The notes under the pieces were generated by a model, which was not told the origin of the DNA, searched no databases, and saw only the letters and a list, made by a program, of their open reading frames with translations. From the IMG/VR virus record IMGVR_UViG_3300043388_000009, positions 1 to 26,741 of that record: a DNA stretch of 26,741 nucleotides. One strand, 5' to 3'. Source of the DNA: a virus (Duplodnaviria; Caudoviricetes). The translations under genes were made by a program, and so were the position numbers. Below, piece after piece: positions 1 to 9,028 of the stretch (its first letter is position 1; every line of letters starts with the position of its first letter).

Positions 1-1
1 C

Positions 2-2647
2 AGGCACCACCGACCACAGCGATCCCGACTCGTCGCTGATGAGAACGTTAGGGTTCTGCGTGGTCCCAGCCCGACCGATGGTGTGGATGCAGAGCAGCGT
101 CGAGGACGGTGACGGCGTGTAGTGGTAGCTGGTCAGCGTCTGGCTGGCACCGAACTGCTGGCCGGTGCTGGGACCAGCGAGGTTGGTCGGCTGACCAGGG
201 ACCTGCACGGTGTCGGCACCACCGAAGATCGGCTCCCCGGTGATGAGTGTGTTACCACTGATCTTGGACCAGTACTGGTTGTCGCCGCCGAGACCCTTCT
301 CCATCTTGTTACCGGTGAACTCTCGGGTGTAGCCAGCCAGCAGCGGCGACCAACCGGTGCCACGCAACGGGAAGTTGACCTCCTGGGAGGCGTGCGTGGG
401 CAGCACCCACATCACGTTGTCGGTGACCCAGAAGTCGGTGTACGGGTTGGTGTCGGCGTAGAGCGACACGTCCGACGAGGTGCCGTCACAGAACAGGTTG
501 CGGTTGAACCGGCACTGCGCTCCACGGATCGAGCCTGACGTGTTGTGCGGGTCGGCGCCGAACAGGTTGAGGTCGTGGACCCAGCAGTAGTTGGCGGTGA
601 CACCGAAGTACGACAGGAAGCCCGCCCGCCACATCGTCACTTCACAGTTGTTGCACACGAAGTCGTTGGCATGGGCCGACACCGGGGAGAACGTGATGGC
701 GTCACCGAACGACGAATCGCTGGACGTACCATCGGTGGTGATCGTGCAGAAGTTGAAGACCAGGTTGCCGTGCGACGTGTGGTTGGTGTCCACATCGTTG
801 AGCACATCGAGACCGCCACCCCAAATGTGCTCGTAGTCGGCCCGGTAGATGTAGCAGTGGTTGAAGGTGAGGTTGGGCAGACCGATGTGGATGCAGGAAG
901 TCTTGAGACCGGTGATCGTCCAGTGGCCGCCGCCGTCGTCAACGACGTTGGGACCCTCGTTGGCAGTGAGCCAACCGGAGTTGACCGTCACGTCAGCGAT
1001 GCTGCTTCCACCAGCCGGGTTCCAAAGGTCGGCCAGGTCGAAGCCCTCGGCCAGGACACCCGTGTTGTAGTGGTACCAGTTGGTGATCGTGGTCAGAGAG
1101 CCGGAGTTGAACGCATCGACCCACGCCGAGGGCGTCGGTGCAGCAAGCGTCGTTACCACCGTTTGGGAGACCGAGGTCACGTCGTCTTCGTAGGTGGGCG
1201 AGCCGCTGTACTCGGCGGTGATGGTGTGAGAGCCGACCGTCAGGTCATCAGTCGTGTACGTGGACTCACCGAAGAGGTTGAGGGCCACGCCAGGCCCGAG
1301 TGTCACACCGTTGTCCTTGAAGACGATCGAGCCGAACGTCACCGGGACGGTGCCGCTCTTGACCGTCGTGCGGAAGGTGATGATCGCACCAACCTGTGCG
1401 GTCGGCTTCGATGAGGTCAGCACCTGCGAGATCGGAGAGCTACCACCAGAGGCGGCGACCACCTGGTTGACGACGTTGCTGGTCGAGTTCTCGTAGAACG
1501 GGGCGCCGCTGTAGACAGCCGTGATCGGGTGGGTGGCCTCGGTCAGCGAGGATGTGGTGTAGGTGGCGACACCTGTGGTGGCGTTGACGGCGAGCGTGGT
1601 GGAGATGGTGGTGGCACCATCCTTGAACAGCACGGTGCCCGAGGTCACCGGCAGGCCATCTACGGTCCTGGTGACAGTCACGGTGAAGGTGACCGGCTGG
1701 CCGATGGCCGAGGACGAGTCGTCGGAGACGAGGGTGGCCGTTGTGGCGGCCGGACCGCCAGCGAAGTTCATCACCTGGGTGATGACGTTGCTGGTGCTGC
1801 CGAGGAAGTTCGTCTCACCGTCGTAGACGGCGGTGATGTCCCAGGTGCCGACCGGGATGGACGACGTGGTGTAGGTGGCCACACCGGAGCCATTGACCTG
1901 GACACCAGCGACCATCGAGTTGGCGCCACGCTTGAAGGTGACAGTGCCGGTGGTCACCGGGCTGCCGCCACTCGTCACGGTGGCCGTGAACGTCACCGGA
2001 GACCCAGCGTCGGCTGACTCGTCGGACGAGACGAGTACGGTGGCCGAGGTCGTCACTGGGGTGGCGCTGATGACCAAGCTCCAGGGACTGTCGCCCATGG
2101 CGTTGGTGGCCTTCACCCGGAAGTAGTACGGCGTGCCGTTGGTGAGGCTGGTCGAGGTGACGGTGTGGGTGGCCGCCGACACGGAGGCGATGTCGTTGAA
2201 TCCGGTCGTGGCGTTGGTCGAGCGCTGGACCACATACCCGGTTATCGCCAGCCCACCGTTGGACGACGGCGTGCCCCACGTGACCGCCACCTGGGTGTCA
2301 CCAGGCAGCACCGACAGGTTGATCGGCGCCGAAGGAACCGACAGAGCGACACCCACCAGCAGTGTGTTACCGAGGTACAGAGAGCCAGCCTGGCCGCCAC
2401 CTGGAGGCATCACCACGTAGAACGTGTTGGGGTCCTTGGTGGCCAGAGCGGCGAAGGCAGCCCCGCTGTAGACGGCAGCGGCCTGATACTGCGGGCCATC
2501 ACCGAGCGTGGAGGAGACGACCAGCCCAGGGTGCGTGTGCACGCCGAGAGCCAGGTCGGTGACATTCTGACCTCCGGTGCCATCGATCACACCCTGGGGC
2601 AGCCGCTTCAAGTCGCTGTCTACGCCGGGAACACGAACAGTACCCAT
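2..2647 (-). CDS. Large virion adhesin/tailspike-like protein (FN3 + ~3 Ig-like Big_3 repeats + probable right-handed beta-helix); runs off the left edge
   Basis: Missing from the ORF track because it has no stop in the window. Manual translation from ATG 2647: MGTVRVPGVDSD...AAFAALATKDPNTFYVV (tail-fibre-type motif); FN3 (PSAPINLSVLPGDTQVAVTWGTPSSNGGLAITGYVVQ...LTNGTPYYFRVKATNAMG); repeated Ig units (PVTFTATVTS...TGTVTFK...ITAVYxG); then beta-helix-like strands (LTFNHCYI, LVFNFCTI, VTANYCWVHD). Confidence 0.85.
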   Translation of the reverse strand, partial: MGTVRVPGVDSDLKRLPQGVIDGTGGQNVTDLALGVHTHPGLVVSSTLGDGPQYQAAAVYSGAAFAALATKDPNTFYVVMPPGGGQAGSLYLGNTLLVGVALSVPSAPINLSVLPGDTQVAVTWGTPSSNGGLAITGYVVQRSTNATTGFNDIASVSAATHTVTSTSLTNGTPYYFRVKATNAMGDSPWSLVISATPVTTSATVLVSSDESADAGSPVTFTATVTSGGSPVTTGTVTFKRGANSMVAGVQVNGSGVATYTTSSIPVGTWDITAVYDGETNFLGSTSNVITQVMNFAGGPAATTATLVSDDSSSAIGQPVTFTVTVTRTVDGLPVTSGTVLFKDGATTISTTLAVNATTGVATYTTSSLTEATHPITAVYSGAPFYENSTSNVVNQVVAASGGSSPISQVLTSSKPTAQVGAIITFRTTVKSGTVPVTFGSIVFKDNGVTLGPGVALNLFGESTYTTDDLTVGSHTITAEYSGSPTYEDDVTSVSQTVVTTLAAPTPSAWVDAFNSGSLTTITNWYHYNTGVLAEGFDLADLWNPAGGSSIADVTVNSGWLTANEGPNVVDDGGGHWTITGLKTSCIHIGLPNLTFNHCYIYRADYEHIWGGGLDVLNDVDTNHTSHGNLVFNFCTITTDGTSSDSSFGDAITFSPVSAHANDFVCNNCEVTMWRAGFLSYFGVTANYCWVHDLNLFGADPHNTSGSIRGAQCRFNRNLFCDGTSSDVSLYADTNPYTDFWVTDNVMWVLPTHASQEVNFPLRGTGWSPLLAGYTREFTGNKMEKGLGGDNQYWSKISGNTLITGEPIFGGADTVQVPGQPTNLAGPSTGQQFGASQTLTSYHYTPSPSSTLLCIHTIGRAGTTQNPNVLISDESGSLWSVVP

Positions 2648-2649
2648 GG

Positions 2650-4650
2650 TCAGAATCCTCCGGGGAAGGTGTAGAGGCCGCTGCCAGGCGGGTCCTCGAT
2701 CATGCCGAGCGGCAGCAGGTACAGCCCACTGCCAGGTGGGTCCTCAACGAGCGGAGGATTGAACTCATACAGGCCGGAGCCGGGCGGGTTCTCGATGACG
2801 GTGACCGGCAGGTCGGTGTAGCTGAAATTGCCGTGGGCGACCCACAGGTTGCCGTAACGGTCGTATGAGGGGTTCGATGTGACATCGCCCCGCATCAGGC
2901 CCACCTCGGTGCCGCCGACGTAGGGAGCGAGATCCCGGTCCGCAACTCCCTGGCGCAAGCTGACCCAGCGGTAGTACCCGGCCAGGTTGCCAGTGGCCTG
3001 GGCATAGGCACCTATCTCGACCTCGGTGGTGGAGGCGAAGATGTCCAAGTTGCTGGGGTTGGGCTGGGTGACGGTTGTTCCAACCGCTTCCCAGGTGATC
3101 AGGTCGAAGCTCGGGCAGAGCCAGTAGTTCACGAAGTCGATGCTGTCGATGGTGGTCGTGTAACTCACTGCCATCGCCATCGTGGTGCCGTCCGGTACGT
3201 CGAAGGCAGGACCGTCCGTCAGGTTGAGCGGGAACTCCACTATCGACCCGTCCGTGCCATCCTGTGAGATACCGAGGACCATGCCGCCACCTGGTTCCAA
3301 GGCCCAGAAGAACGAGCACTGGTCAGGCGGCGCCCACTTGGAGACGATGTACTTGCGCTCGGTCGGATGCCAGAAGTCGAACGACGCCACAACCACGATG
3401 GTGAAGGCGTCCGGGTTGTCGAAGTAGTTGGCGTCGTCGGTCGAGATGTAGGTGCCCGGAGTGCCGTCGAGACGCAGGGCCAGCCTCGATGGCAGCGGCA
3501 GAGTCAGCCGCCCTGAGTAGGTGCCCTTGTCAGGCCACTCGTCGGGATTGAACGAAGGCGCCCATACCTGGTTCTGAGCGTCCCATACCAGGGGAACGTT
3601 GCCGCTGACACCATGCTCGTACCACAGGCCGTCCCGCAGGTTGAGGCGCATCACAGTGTCATACAGCGGCACCCTGATACCCGAGGTATCGGCATGGGCC
3701 AAAGTGTGACCGGACTCCTCGACCGTGGAGGCCAGAGTGGGGTCCGAGCTAGACGTTGTGTCAACACACCAGGGGCCAGGCAACGACGCCGGGTCGGTGG
3801 ACTGGCTCTGCCAAGGTGTTCCAAAGGGCACGCTGGGAGCCGGTCGGACCCTGGAGATCAGGTTGCGCATGCGGTAGCCGTCGTCGTTGGATTCTTCCAA
3901 CGCTGGCACCCTCGTCTGGCCGGGTGGAATGTCCTGAATGTTCCAATGGGCGTAGCCGTAGCTGATGATCTGGAGCTTGACGTTGGGGTCGGGGGCATCG
4001 ACAGGCTGGTCGAGCGAAGCCCAGTCGAACGACGGATCACGAAGCGCCGATACCTTGATCAGACGGGGCAAAGCCTGGTAAGGGAGATACCAGGGCACGC
4101 TGATCGCCTGCTGCACGGGAGGTATCCCGAGTGCCTGACCACCGACATCGGCCTGCGTGGCGTAGGTGATGTTCTGGAGATCTGAGTACTTGAGGTAGAC
4201 GAAGAACGGCAGGTAGGCGATCTCGGAACTGGCGAGCAGCGCCCGCTGCACCTCCCGGTAGATGAAGCTCTTGAACGGTGCCGCCACGTAGTCATCGGGC
4301 AGCGAGCGGTTGTCCACACTGAGGCCTTCGTGGGCATCCACGATGAGCACCCAGTCCTCGTCGCCATAGTGGAACTGACGATCACCAGCGGCGAACTGTT
4401 CCTGGCGCCACTCGGCCGGTGTGACGAAGAAGTTGCGGCCGGTGACGATGTGCTCGGCGGTGGGGAACGACTGCGCCCAGTTGACGACCCAGTAGCGCTG
4501 CTCCCCGGTGTTGATGTCCACGATGTAGGTGTCGTCGTGGAAGAACATCGACCAACGCACGCTCTTACCAACGTCGAACTCCAGGTCACCGAACTGAGCG
4601 CCGACGAGGCCGTGGAGCTTCGGCTCCGTGCTGGTGAAGACCAGAGTCAC
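2650..4650 (-). CDS. Fusion protein: N-terminal degenerate GT2 (GT-A) glycosyltransferase-like domain + LamG/concanavalin-like domain + C-terminal repeats
   Basis: 666 aa. DDTYIVD, DWVLIVDAHE and LQIISYGY resemble the GT2 motifs DEIIVVD, DWILxLDADE and IxHYGY. ALRLDGTPGTYIST...YIVSKW...VEIGAY is LamG-like. Start overlaps the upstream stop (GTGA). Confidence 0.7.
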   Translation of the reverse strand: MTLVFTSTEPKLHGLVGAQFGDLEFDVGKSVRWSMFFHDDTYIVDINTGEQRYWVVNWAQSFPTAEHIVTGRNFFVTPAEWRQEQFAAGDRQFHYGDEDWVLIVDAHEGLSVDNRSLPDDYVAAPFKSFIYREVQRALLASSEIAYLPFFVYLKYSDLQNITYATQADVGGQALGIPPVQQAISVPWYLPYQALPRLIKVSALRDPSFDWASLDQPVDAPDPNVKLQIISYGYAHWNIQDIPPGQTRVPALEESNDDGYRMRNLISRVRPAPSVPFGTPWQSQSTDPASLPGPWCVDTTSSSDPTLASTVEESGHTLAHADTSGIRVPLYDTVMRLNLRDGLWYEHGVSGNVPLVWDAQNQVWAPSFNPDEWPDKGTYSGRLTLPLPSRLALRLDGTPGTYISTDDANYFDNPDAFTIVVVASFDFWHPTERKYIVSKWAPPDQCSFFWALEPGGGMVLGISQDGTDGSIVEFPLNLTDGPAFDVPDGTTMAMAVSYTTTIDSIDFVNYWLCPSFDLITWEAVGTTVTQPNPSNLDIFASTTEVEIGAYAQATGNLAGYYRWVSLRQGVADRDLAPYVGGTEVGLMRGDVTSNPSYDRYGNLWVAHGNFSYTDLPVTVIENPPGSGLYEFNPPLVEDPPGSGLYLLPLGMIEDPPGSGLYTFPGGF
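2662..2800 (-). repeat. Three tandem 16-aa (48-nt) repeats (I/V)E(D/N)PPGSGLY at the protein C-terminus
   Basis: IENPPGSGLYEF-NPPL-VEDPPGSGLYLL-PLGM-IEDPPGSGLYTF in the 2650..4650 translation; boundaries approximate. Confidence 0.85.
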
Positions 4651-5273
4651 CGACGAGCCTTCTTTCGTGCCTTGGCCCGATGATCGTAGGTCTTGTTGAT
4701 GTCATACAGGCCCCGGCGACGGCGAAGCTCCACCTGGATCACGCTCTGCTGGTAGGGGCAGAGGTAGCAGAGGTACTGGCGGAACTGCGGCGGGATCGTG
4801 ATGACGTGGCCGTCGTCGTTGTACTCAGCGGGACCGATCCGCTTGGAGTCATCGAGGTAGTCCGGGCACCCGCTCTCCATGGTGGGGTTGCCGTGGTTGT
4901 TGTAGCAGGCGACGGCGCCGGAACGGTATGTGTCCTGGTCCTCGTAGTGACGGTTGGTCTGGTCCTGCAACTCGCCCTTGATCTTGGTCACCACGTCCAT
5001 CGAGTCCCAGGTCTTCTGGTCGATGGTCCACACGTTGATGATCTCGCCAGCGAGCACCTGGGACTCCTGGGCGTTGTGCTCGTGCTTGAGCATGAAGTCT
5101 TCGAGCACCGGGTCATAGGCAGGCACCATCACGGCCAGGCCCTTGTCGTCCTTGTAGACGTAGGACTCCCCGGAGGACCACTCCAGGCGTGCAGGGACCA
5201 GTGGCGTCTTCGGGTGGACATCGGGAAGTCGTTGCAGGATTCCGCAACGGTGGCAAGCAGCCAGGCGAGGCAT
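4647..5273 (-). CDS. Hypothetical phage protein with Cys motifs (possible Zn binding)
   Basis: Start revised to ATG 5273 (MPRLAACHRC) with SD GGAG upstream. CxxC at the N-terminus, CYLCP near the C-terminus, basic tail. Confidence 0.7.
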   Translation of the reverse strand: MPRLAACHRCGILQRLPDVHPKTPLVPARLEWSSGESYVYKDDKGLAVMVPAYDPVLEDFMLKHEHNAQESQVLAGEIINVWTIDQKTWDSMDVVTKIKGELQDQTNRHYEDQDTYRSGAVACYNNHGNPTMESGCPDYLDDSKRIGPAEYNDDGHVITIPPQFRQYLCYLCPYQQSVIQVELRRRRGLYDINKTYDHRAKARKKARR

Positions 5274-5286
5274 TGTGATACTCCGG

Positions 5287-5961
5287 TTACGTGTACTTCT
5301 GGTGAGGGTCGTGCTTGGCGTAGTCGATGCTCTTGGCGTGCACCACGGGTACGTAGTCGTTGGGGCGGGTGTCGAGGGCCGAAGCCAGACGGTGGTGGCC
5401 ACCAGCGATCTGCTGCTTGCCCATGGAGCCGATCGACTCGGTGGAGAGGGTGATCGGGGACTGCACGCCCTCTAGACGCACCGAGTCCCAGATGTTCCGC
5501 CTGACGCCTTGAGCCTGGTAGTGCTCGCTCTCCTTGCGCCCCATGTAGCTGTCGTGCTTCATCTCGTAGGAGTCCCAGCGAGACGTGCTCTCGGTGTCGG
5601 GCGCCTGCGGAGCGCTCGATCGGTTCATCGCTCGGGAGGCATGGAACTCGCCCAAGGATTCACCACGGTGCTCGGCGTACTCATCGGGGTCCAACTGAGC
5701 CTCCATCGACTTGCGGCTCAGCACCTGCTCATCGGTCTCGGTCTGGTAGTTCCGCCGATAGCTCGGAGTGGCGGTGCCCCCCATCCAGCGCTGGTTGGAG
5801 CGCCCACCAGTGGTGCGAGGACGAGCGGTGACCGATCCGGGCCGAGCCGATTCACTCCAGTCGTCCTCACGGTCGCCGTCGAGAACCTGGTAGTTGTTGA
5901 CGATCTCCTTGGGCGTCATGAACATCTTCAACTGGTTGGGATCGCTGCGGTTGGTGCGCAT
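5287..5961 (-). CDS. ParB/Sulfiredoxin-like domain protein
   Basis: Start revised to ATG 5961 (TGATG coupling). C-terminal SVRLEGVQSPITL...IAGGHHRLASA...VPVV matches the ParB/Srx GxHR signature. Confidence 0.75.
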   Translation of the reverse strand: MRTNRSDPNQLKMFMTPKEIVNNYQVLDGDREDDWSESARPGSVTARPRTTGGRSNQRWMGGTATPSYRRNYQTETDEQVLSRKSMEAQLDPDEYAEHRGESLGEFHASRAMNRSSAPQAPDTESTSRWDSYEMKHDSYMGRKESEHYQAQGVRRNIWDSVRLEGVQSPITLSTESIGSMGKQQIAGGHHRLASALDTRPNDYVPVVHAKSIDYAKHDPHQKYT

Positions 5962-6188
5962 CACCCGCCCCTGGCGTAGGGGTTCCGTGCCCGCTTGGGG
6001 CCAGAGCCGTCCTTGGCCTCGTAGTGGCCGGTCGAGCACGTCTTGGTGCCTTCTCCCGCACTACGGAAATGACGACGGTTGCTTGAGGAGTAGCCGCAGT
6101 CTGCGCAGCAGTAGGACGGCGCCTCTGGTGCTGTGCCCGCACCTTCCTGGAAGGAGGTGAAGTTTCGTCCCTTGACCATGACCGTCAC
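5961..6188 (-). CDS. Small Cys/His-containing hypothetical protein
   Basis: CCADCG...CSTGH; overlapping start/stop with both neighbours. Confidence 0.65.
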   Translation of the reverse strand: MTVMVKGRNFTSFQEGAGTAPEAPSYCCADCGYSSSNRRHFRSAGEGTKTCSTGHYEAKDGSGPKRARNPYARGG

Positions 6189-6427
6189 CGATTGGCGACG
6201 ATGCGGCCGCTCACCTTGCGCTCGACCGGCATCCCGACACGACGCAGGTGAGCTTCGAGGAACGGCGGGTCGATATGCCGTTCAGCCTGGGCGTAGGTCG
6301 GCCAGGTCAGTCGATCGACGGGCGGGTTCTCCACGTTCTTGCGATCGGGTGCGATCGCCATGTAGGTGGAATCGACGGTGCCCTGGGCGAACGCCACGTT
6401 CATCGACTCGGTTTCATTGGCAGCCAT
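6185..6427 (-). CDS. Hypothetical protein
   Basis: Strong SD GGAGG before ATG 6427; coupled to the next gene. Confidence 0.75.
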   Translation of the reverse strand: MAANETESMNVAFAQGTVDSTYMAIAPDRKNVENPPVDRLTWPTYAQAERHIDPPFLEAHLRRVGMPVERKVSGRIVANR

Positions 6428-6442
6428 TGTGTTACCTCCGTA

Positions 6443-6856
6443 TCAAACGGCGTTGGGGTTCGACGTGTTGACACCTCGGAACGACCCCTCCCACATCGAC
6501 TCGGCATCACGTTCCAACCTGAGCGGACCGGTTGACGTGGGTGCCACGAAGGAGCGCCGCTTGGGCGCCCACCGATCCGTGTTGAGCACGTCCTCGATCG
6601 TCAGGGGAGTGGTGTCGTAGCCGAACTGGGGAGGGAAGAGGCCTCCAGCGGGGGGCGGCGGTGTGATCTGACGGATCGCATCAGCCGGAACAGCCATCAG
6701 GCGCAGAGTGTTCGAGACGATGGTCTCGGTACTCGATGCGAACGGTGCCGGTTGCCAGGGGGCATTCCGGGTGCCGTCCTCATAGACACGAAGGCCGCCA
6801 GAGGTAGATCCAGCGCCAATGGCGTCGAAGACCTCCCTATCGACCCTGATAGCCAC
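6443..6856 (-). CDS. Hypothetical protein
   Basis: 137 aa; GTG start 6 nt after a TAGCCT -10-like box (leaderless configuration). Confidence 0.7.
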   Translation of the reverse strand: MAIRVDREVFDAIGAGSTSGGLRVYEDGTRNAPWQPAPFASSTETIVSNTLRLMAVPADAIRQITPPPPAGGLFPPQFGYDTTPLTIEDVLNTDRWAPKRRSFVAPTSTGPLRLERDAESMWEGSFRGVNTSNPNAV

Positions 6857-6897
6857 GTATGGAGGCTATCTCACCCAGGCATCACTGGGAGGTACTT

Positions 6898-6922
6898 GGG
6901 CCTGACTTGGAGGTCAAGGCCC
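6898..6922 (-). terminator. Hairpin (possible terminator) built from a GACTTGGAGGTC duplication
   Basis: Minus strand GGGCC(T)TGAC-CTCCAA-GTCAGGCCC right after the stop at 6936; GACTTGGAGGTC occurs at 6904 and 6925. Confidence 0.4.
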
Positions 6923-6935
6923 TCGACTTGGAGGT

Positions 6936-7157
6936 CTAGTAGCTGCGCTCCATCTTCTCCGGGTCCTGGTAGAGGTTGGGGTCCCCTGGGTAGAAGCCCT
7001 GTTCCAAGCCAGGCTTGGTGAAGTCAGCAGGGTCACGCTGCGGCGGAACGAAGGAGCGCACAACTTGACGTGAAGGGGTATCGATGTTGGTCGGGACCTC
7101 TTCTTCGGCTGGGGGGGCGGCCTCCGTCGAGGCCGCCTCACCCTTGCTTGCCGCCAT
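6936..7157 (-). CDS. Small acidic hypothetical protein
   Basis: 73 aa; TGATG coupling with the upstream mini-ORF. Confidence 0.65.
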   Translation of the reverse strand: MAASKGEAASTEAAPPAEEEVPTNIDTPSRQVVRSFVPPQRDPADFTKPGLEQGFYPGDPNLYQDPEKMERSY

Positions 7158-7261
7158 CAGTCGTCGTCCTCGGCTACGCCGGGATCGGACCTGTTCGCCT
7201 CTTCATCTCCGTACGGAGGACCGGGATCGGTCGGAGGCGTGGGTTCGGCGGTGTCGGTCAC
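7157..7261 (-). CDS. 34-aa acidic Pro-rich peptide
   Basis: MTDTAEPTPPTDPGPPYGDEEANRSDPGVAEDDD*; GTGA overlap upstream and TGATG overlap downstream fill the gap exactly. Confidence 0.65.
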   Translation of the reverse strand: MTDTAEPTPPTDPGPPYGDEEANRSDPGVAEDDD

Positions 7262-7473
7262 TCGGGGGCAGCCTCACCGACGCCGTACTCGGTGGACATC
7301 TGGTCCACCTTCTCCTTCTCCTCATCGGTGAGGTTGGCGGTGGCCCCGGCCATGGCCGCCTCGGGGGCGCTCATCCCGGACGGGAAGAACGGTCCGACAT
7401 CACGGTCGGGAGGCAGGCGCTTGATCGTCTGCTTCGGACCTTCGGTCTCGGTGGTATCGACTTCATCGGCCAT
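7258..7473 (-). CDS. Small acidic hypothetical protein
   Basis: Start revised to ATG 7473 (MADEVDTTE) with SD AAGGAG. Confidence 0.7.
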   Translation of the reverse strand: MADEVDTTETEGPKQTIKRLPPDRDVGPFFPSGMSAPEAAMAGATANLTDEEKEKVDQMSTEYGVGEAAPE

Positions 7474-7523
7474 GGTGTATCTCCTTGAGGTTGTCATTCG
7501 ACGGTATCACTGGTACCCCGTCG

Positions 7524-7730
7524 CTAGGCACTTCCACCCGTGGGTAGGGCCAGAAGCCCGAGGGCGACGCAGGCCAGGCCAGCGACGACCAGAATCCAGT
7601 GGAAGTCCCAGGCGGGTCCCCTGACGAAGGCCAGGCGCACCACCTCGATGGTGAACAGGATGAACGCCACCAGGAACATGATCTCGGCAAAGTCCGGGCT
7701 GCTCATGATCTCGGCCAGCATGATTGTCAT
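7524..7730 (-). CDS. Small membrane protein (2 TM)
   Basis: Start ATG 7730 with GGAGG; hydrophobic segments IMFLVAFILFTIEVV and WILVVAGLACVALGLLAL. Confidence 0.7.
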   Translation of the reverse strand: MTIMLAEIMSSPDFAEIMFLVAFILFTIEVVRLAFVRGPAWDFHWILVVAGLACVALGLLALPTGGSA

Positions 7731-7746
7731 TGTGATACCTCCGTAT

Positions 7747-7923
7747 CTAATGATTGGGATGGAGAGAGGTAGCCACTGAGAGGGCCTCGTCAACCCCGCT
7801 CTGCTCCTTGGACTCCTCGACACCGAGCTTGCGGGCCGTCCACTTGAGCAGGATGTTCCCCAGCCGCAACGACAACATGACCAGGCCACCGAAGGCCAGA
7901 GCGACGAAACTACCCACGTCCAT
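7747..7923 (-). CDS. 58-aa single-TM membrane protein
   Basis: Below the ORF-track cutoff. MDVGSFVALAFGGLVMLSLRLGNILLKWTARKLGVEESK...; SD GGAGG upstream. Confidence 0.65.
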   Translation of the reverse strand: MDVGSFVALAFGGLVMLSLRLGNILLKWTARKLGVEESKEQSGVDEALSVATSLHPNH

Positions 7924-8506
7924 TCTGGTGACCTCCGTTTCCGTTCTCGTTGCTGATCAGTATGTCGCTCTCTTCGACCACGGCATCGGCAACCATCTGG
8001 GCATCGATGCCGTGCACCACGCTGACCACCTGATCAGGGGTTCCAACCTGATCCACCACGTAGTCCACGATCTCCACCGCCTTCGTCACCGGAGCGGGGT
8101 CAGTGTGATACCCGACCCGCTCAGCCAGGTAGAACAGGCCAGAGAGGAAGGCATAGCCAGCGTAGAACCCACCGTTGCGAAGTTTGCCCTCGGTACGCAC
8201 GCCCTCCGCTAGAGCGATCTCCATGGTGTTGGCCGCCCACATTCCTGCCGCTATGAGCGCTCCGTACCCGGCGAGGAAGGTCTGACGGCCGTAGAACGCC
8301 CGAAGGAACAGCAGGGTGGCGGCGATCAGGGCCATCGCTGAGATGGTCCACTGGAAGTAGCCCTTGTCGAACGCCACCCTGATCAGCAGCATGTTGGCGA
8401 GACAGGGCAACGCCAGCAGCAGGGCCGCCACACGTGTGATCCACGCCCCCGATTGAGCCGGGTTGCGCCAGACCCACTTGGTCGATCCCCTGCCGCTGAC
8501 CATCAT
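7910..8506 (-). CDS. Multi-pass (about 4 TM) membrane protein, lysis region
   Basis: Four hydrophobic stretches and an acidic soluble C-terminus; ATGA coupling. Confidence 0.7.
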   Translation of the reverse strand: MMVSGRGSTKWVWRNPAQSGAWITRVAALLLALPCLANMLLIRVAFDKGYFQWTISAMALIAATLLFLRAFYGRQTFLAGYGALIAAGMWAANTMEIALAEGVRTEGKLRNGGFYAGYAFLSGLFYLAERVGYHTDPAPVTKAVEIVDYVVDQVGTPDQVVSVVHGIDAQMVADAVVEESDILISNENGNGGHQNGRG

Positions 8507-8820
8507 GTCGTCTCCGTCACGTCCGCATCATCGATGGCCGCCTGGATCGTCGGATCGCTGATCGTTACGTCACAGACATCCTCGACCTCGGCCACAGCAA
8601 CCTGGATGGCGTTGCCGATGTCGTCCTTGAACTGCTCAGGTGAGACAGCCTTCAAGGCGATGGCCTGGACGCCCATGAGTAGCAACTCGGCTTTGGCCAG
8701 CGAGCACCGTTCGTCCTTGGCGTCATCGAACTGGTCTTGCGCCCACCAACCACCACCCACCGCCAGGGTGATGAGAAGGAGATACGACAGGGCCAGCATG
8801 AACCGATCGAAGCGACTCAT
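8503..8820 (-). CDS. Single-TM membrane protein, lysis region
   Basis: N-terminal TM FMLALSYLLLITLAVGGGWW, then a helical domain with two Cys. Confidence 0.7.
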   Translation of the reverse strand: MSRFDRFMLALSYLLLITLAVGGGWWAQDQFDDAKDERCSLAKAELLLMGVQAIALKAVSPEQFKDDIGNAIQVAVAEVEDVCDVTISDPTIQAAIDDADVTETT

Positions 8821-9023
8821 GGTGCTGACTCAGGTTCTGGTGCAGGAGACGACGCTGCCGACGACACCGCCTTGATGACACTCGGGGCACCGATCAGCCC
8901 TGCCCCGAATGCCATGGTCCCTAGGTCCCCATTGAACAAGCCGAGGCCGAACGCCACCAGCCCCAGCCCGATGGGAAGGATGAGGCGAGCCGTGTAAGCG
9001 ATTCGCTCGGCAGATGTCGCCAA
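8817..9023 (-). CDS. Putative holin-like small 2-TM protein
   Basis: 68 aa with two hydrophobic segments, immediately downstream of the endolysin. Confidence 0.55.
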   Translation of the reverse strand: MATSAERIAYTARLILPIGLGLVAFGLGLFNGDLGTMAFGAGLIGAPSVIKAVSSAASSPAPEPESAP

Positions 9024-9028
9024 GGCAC

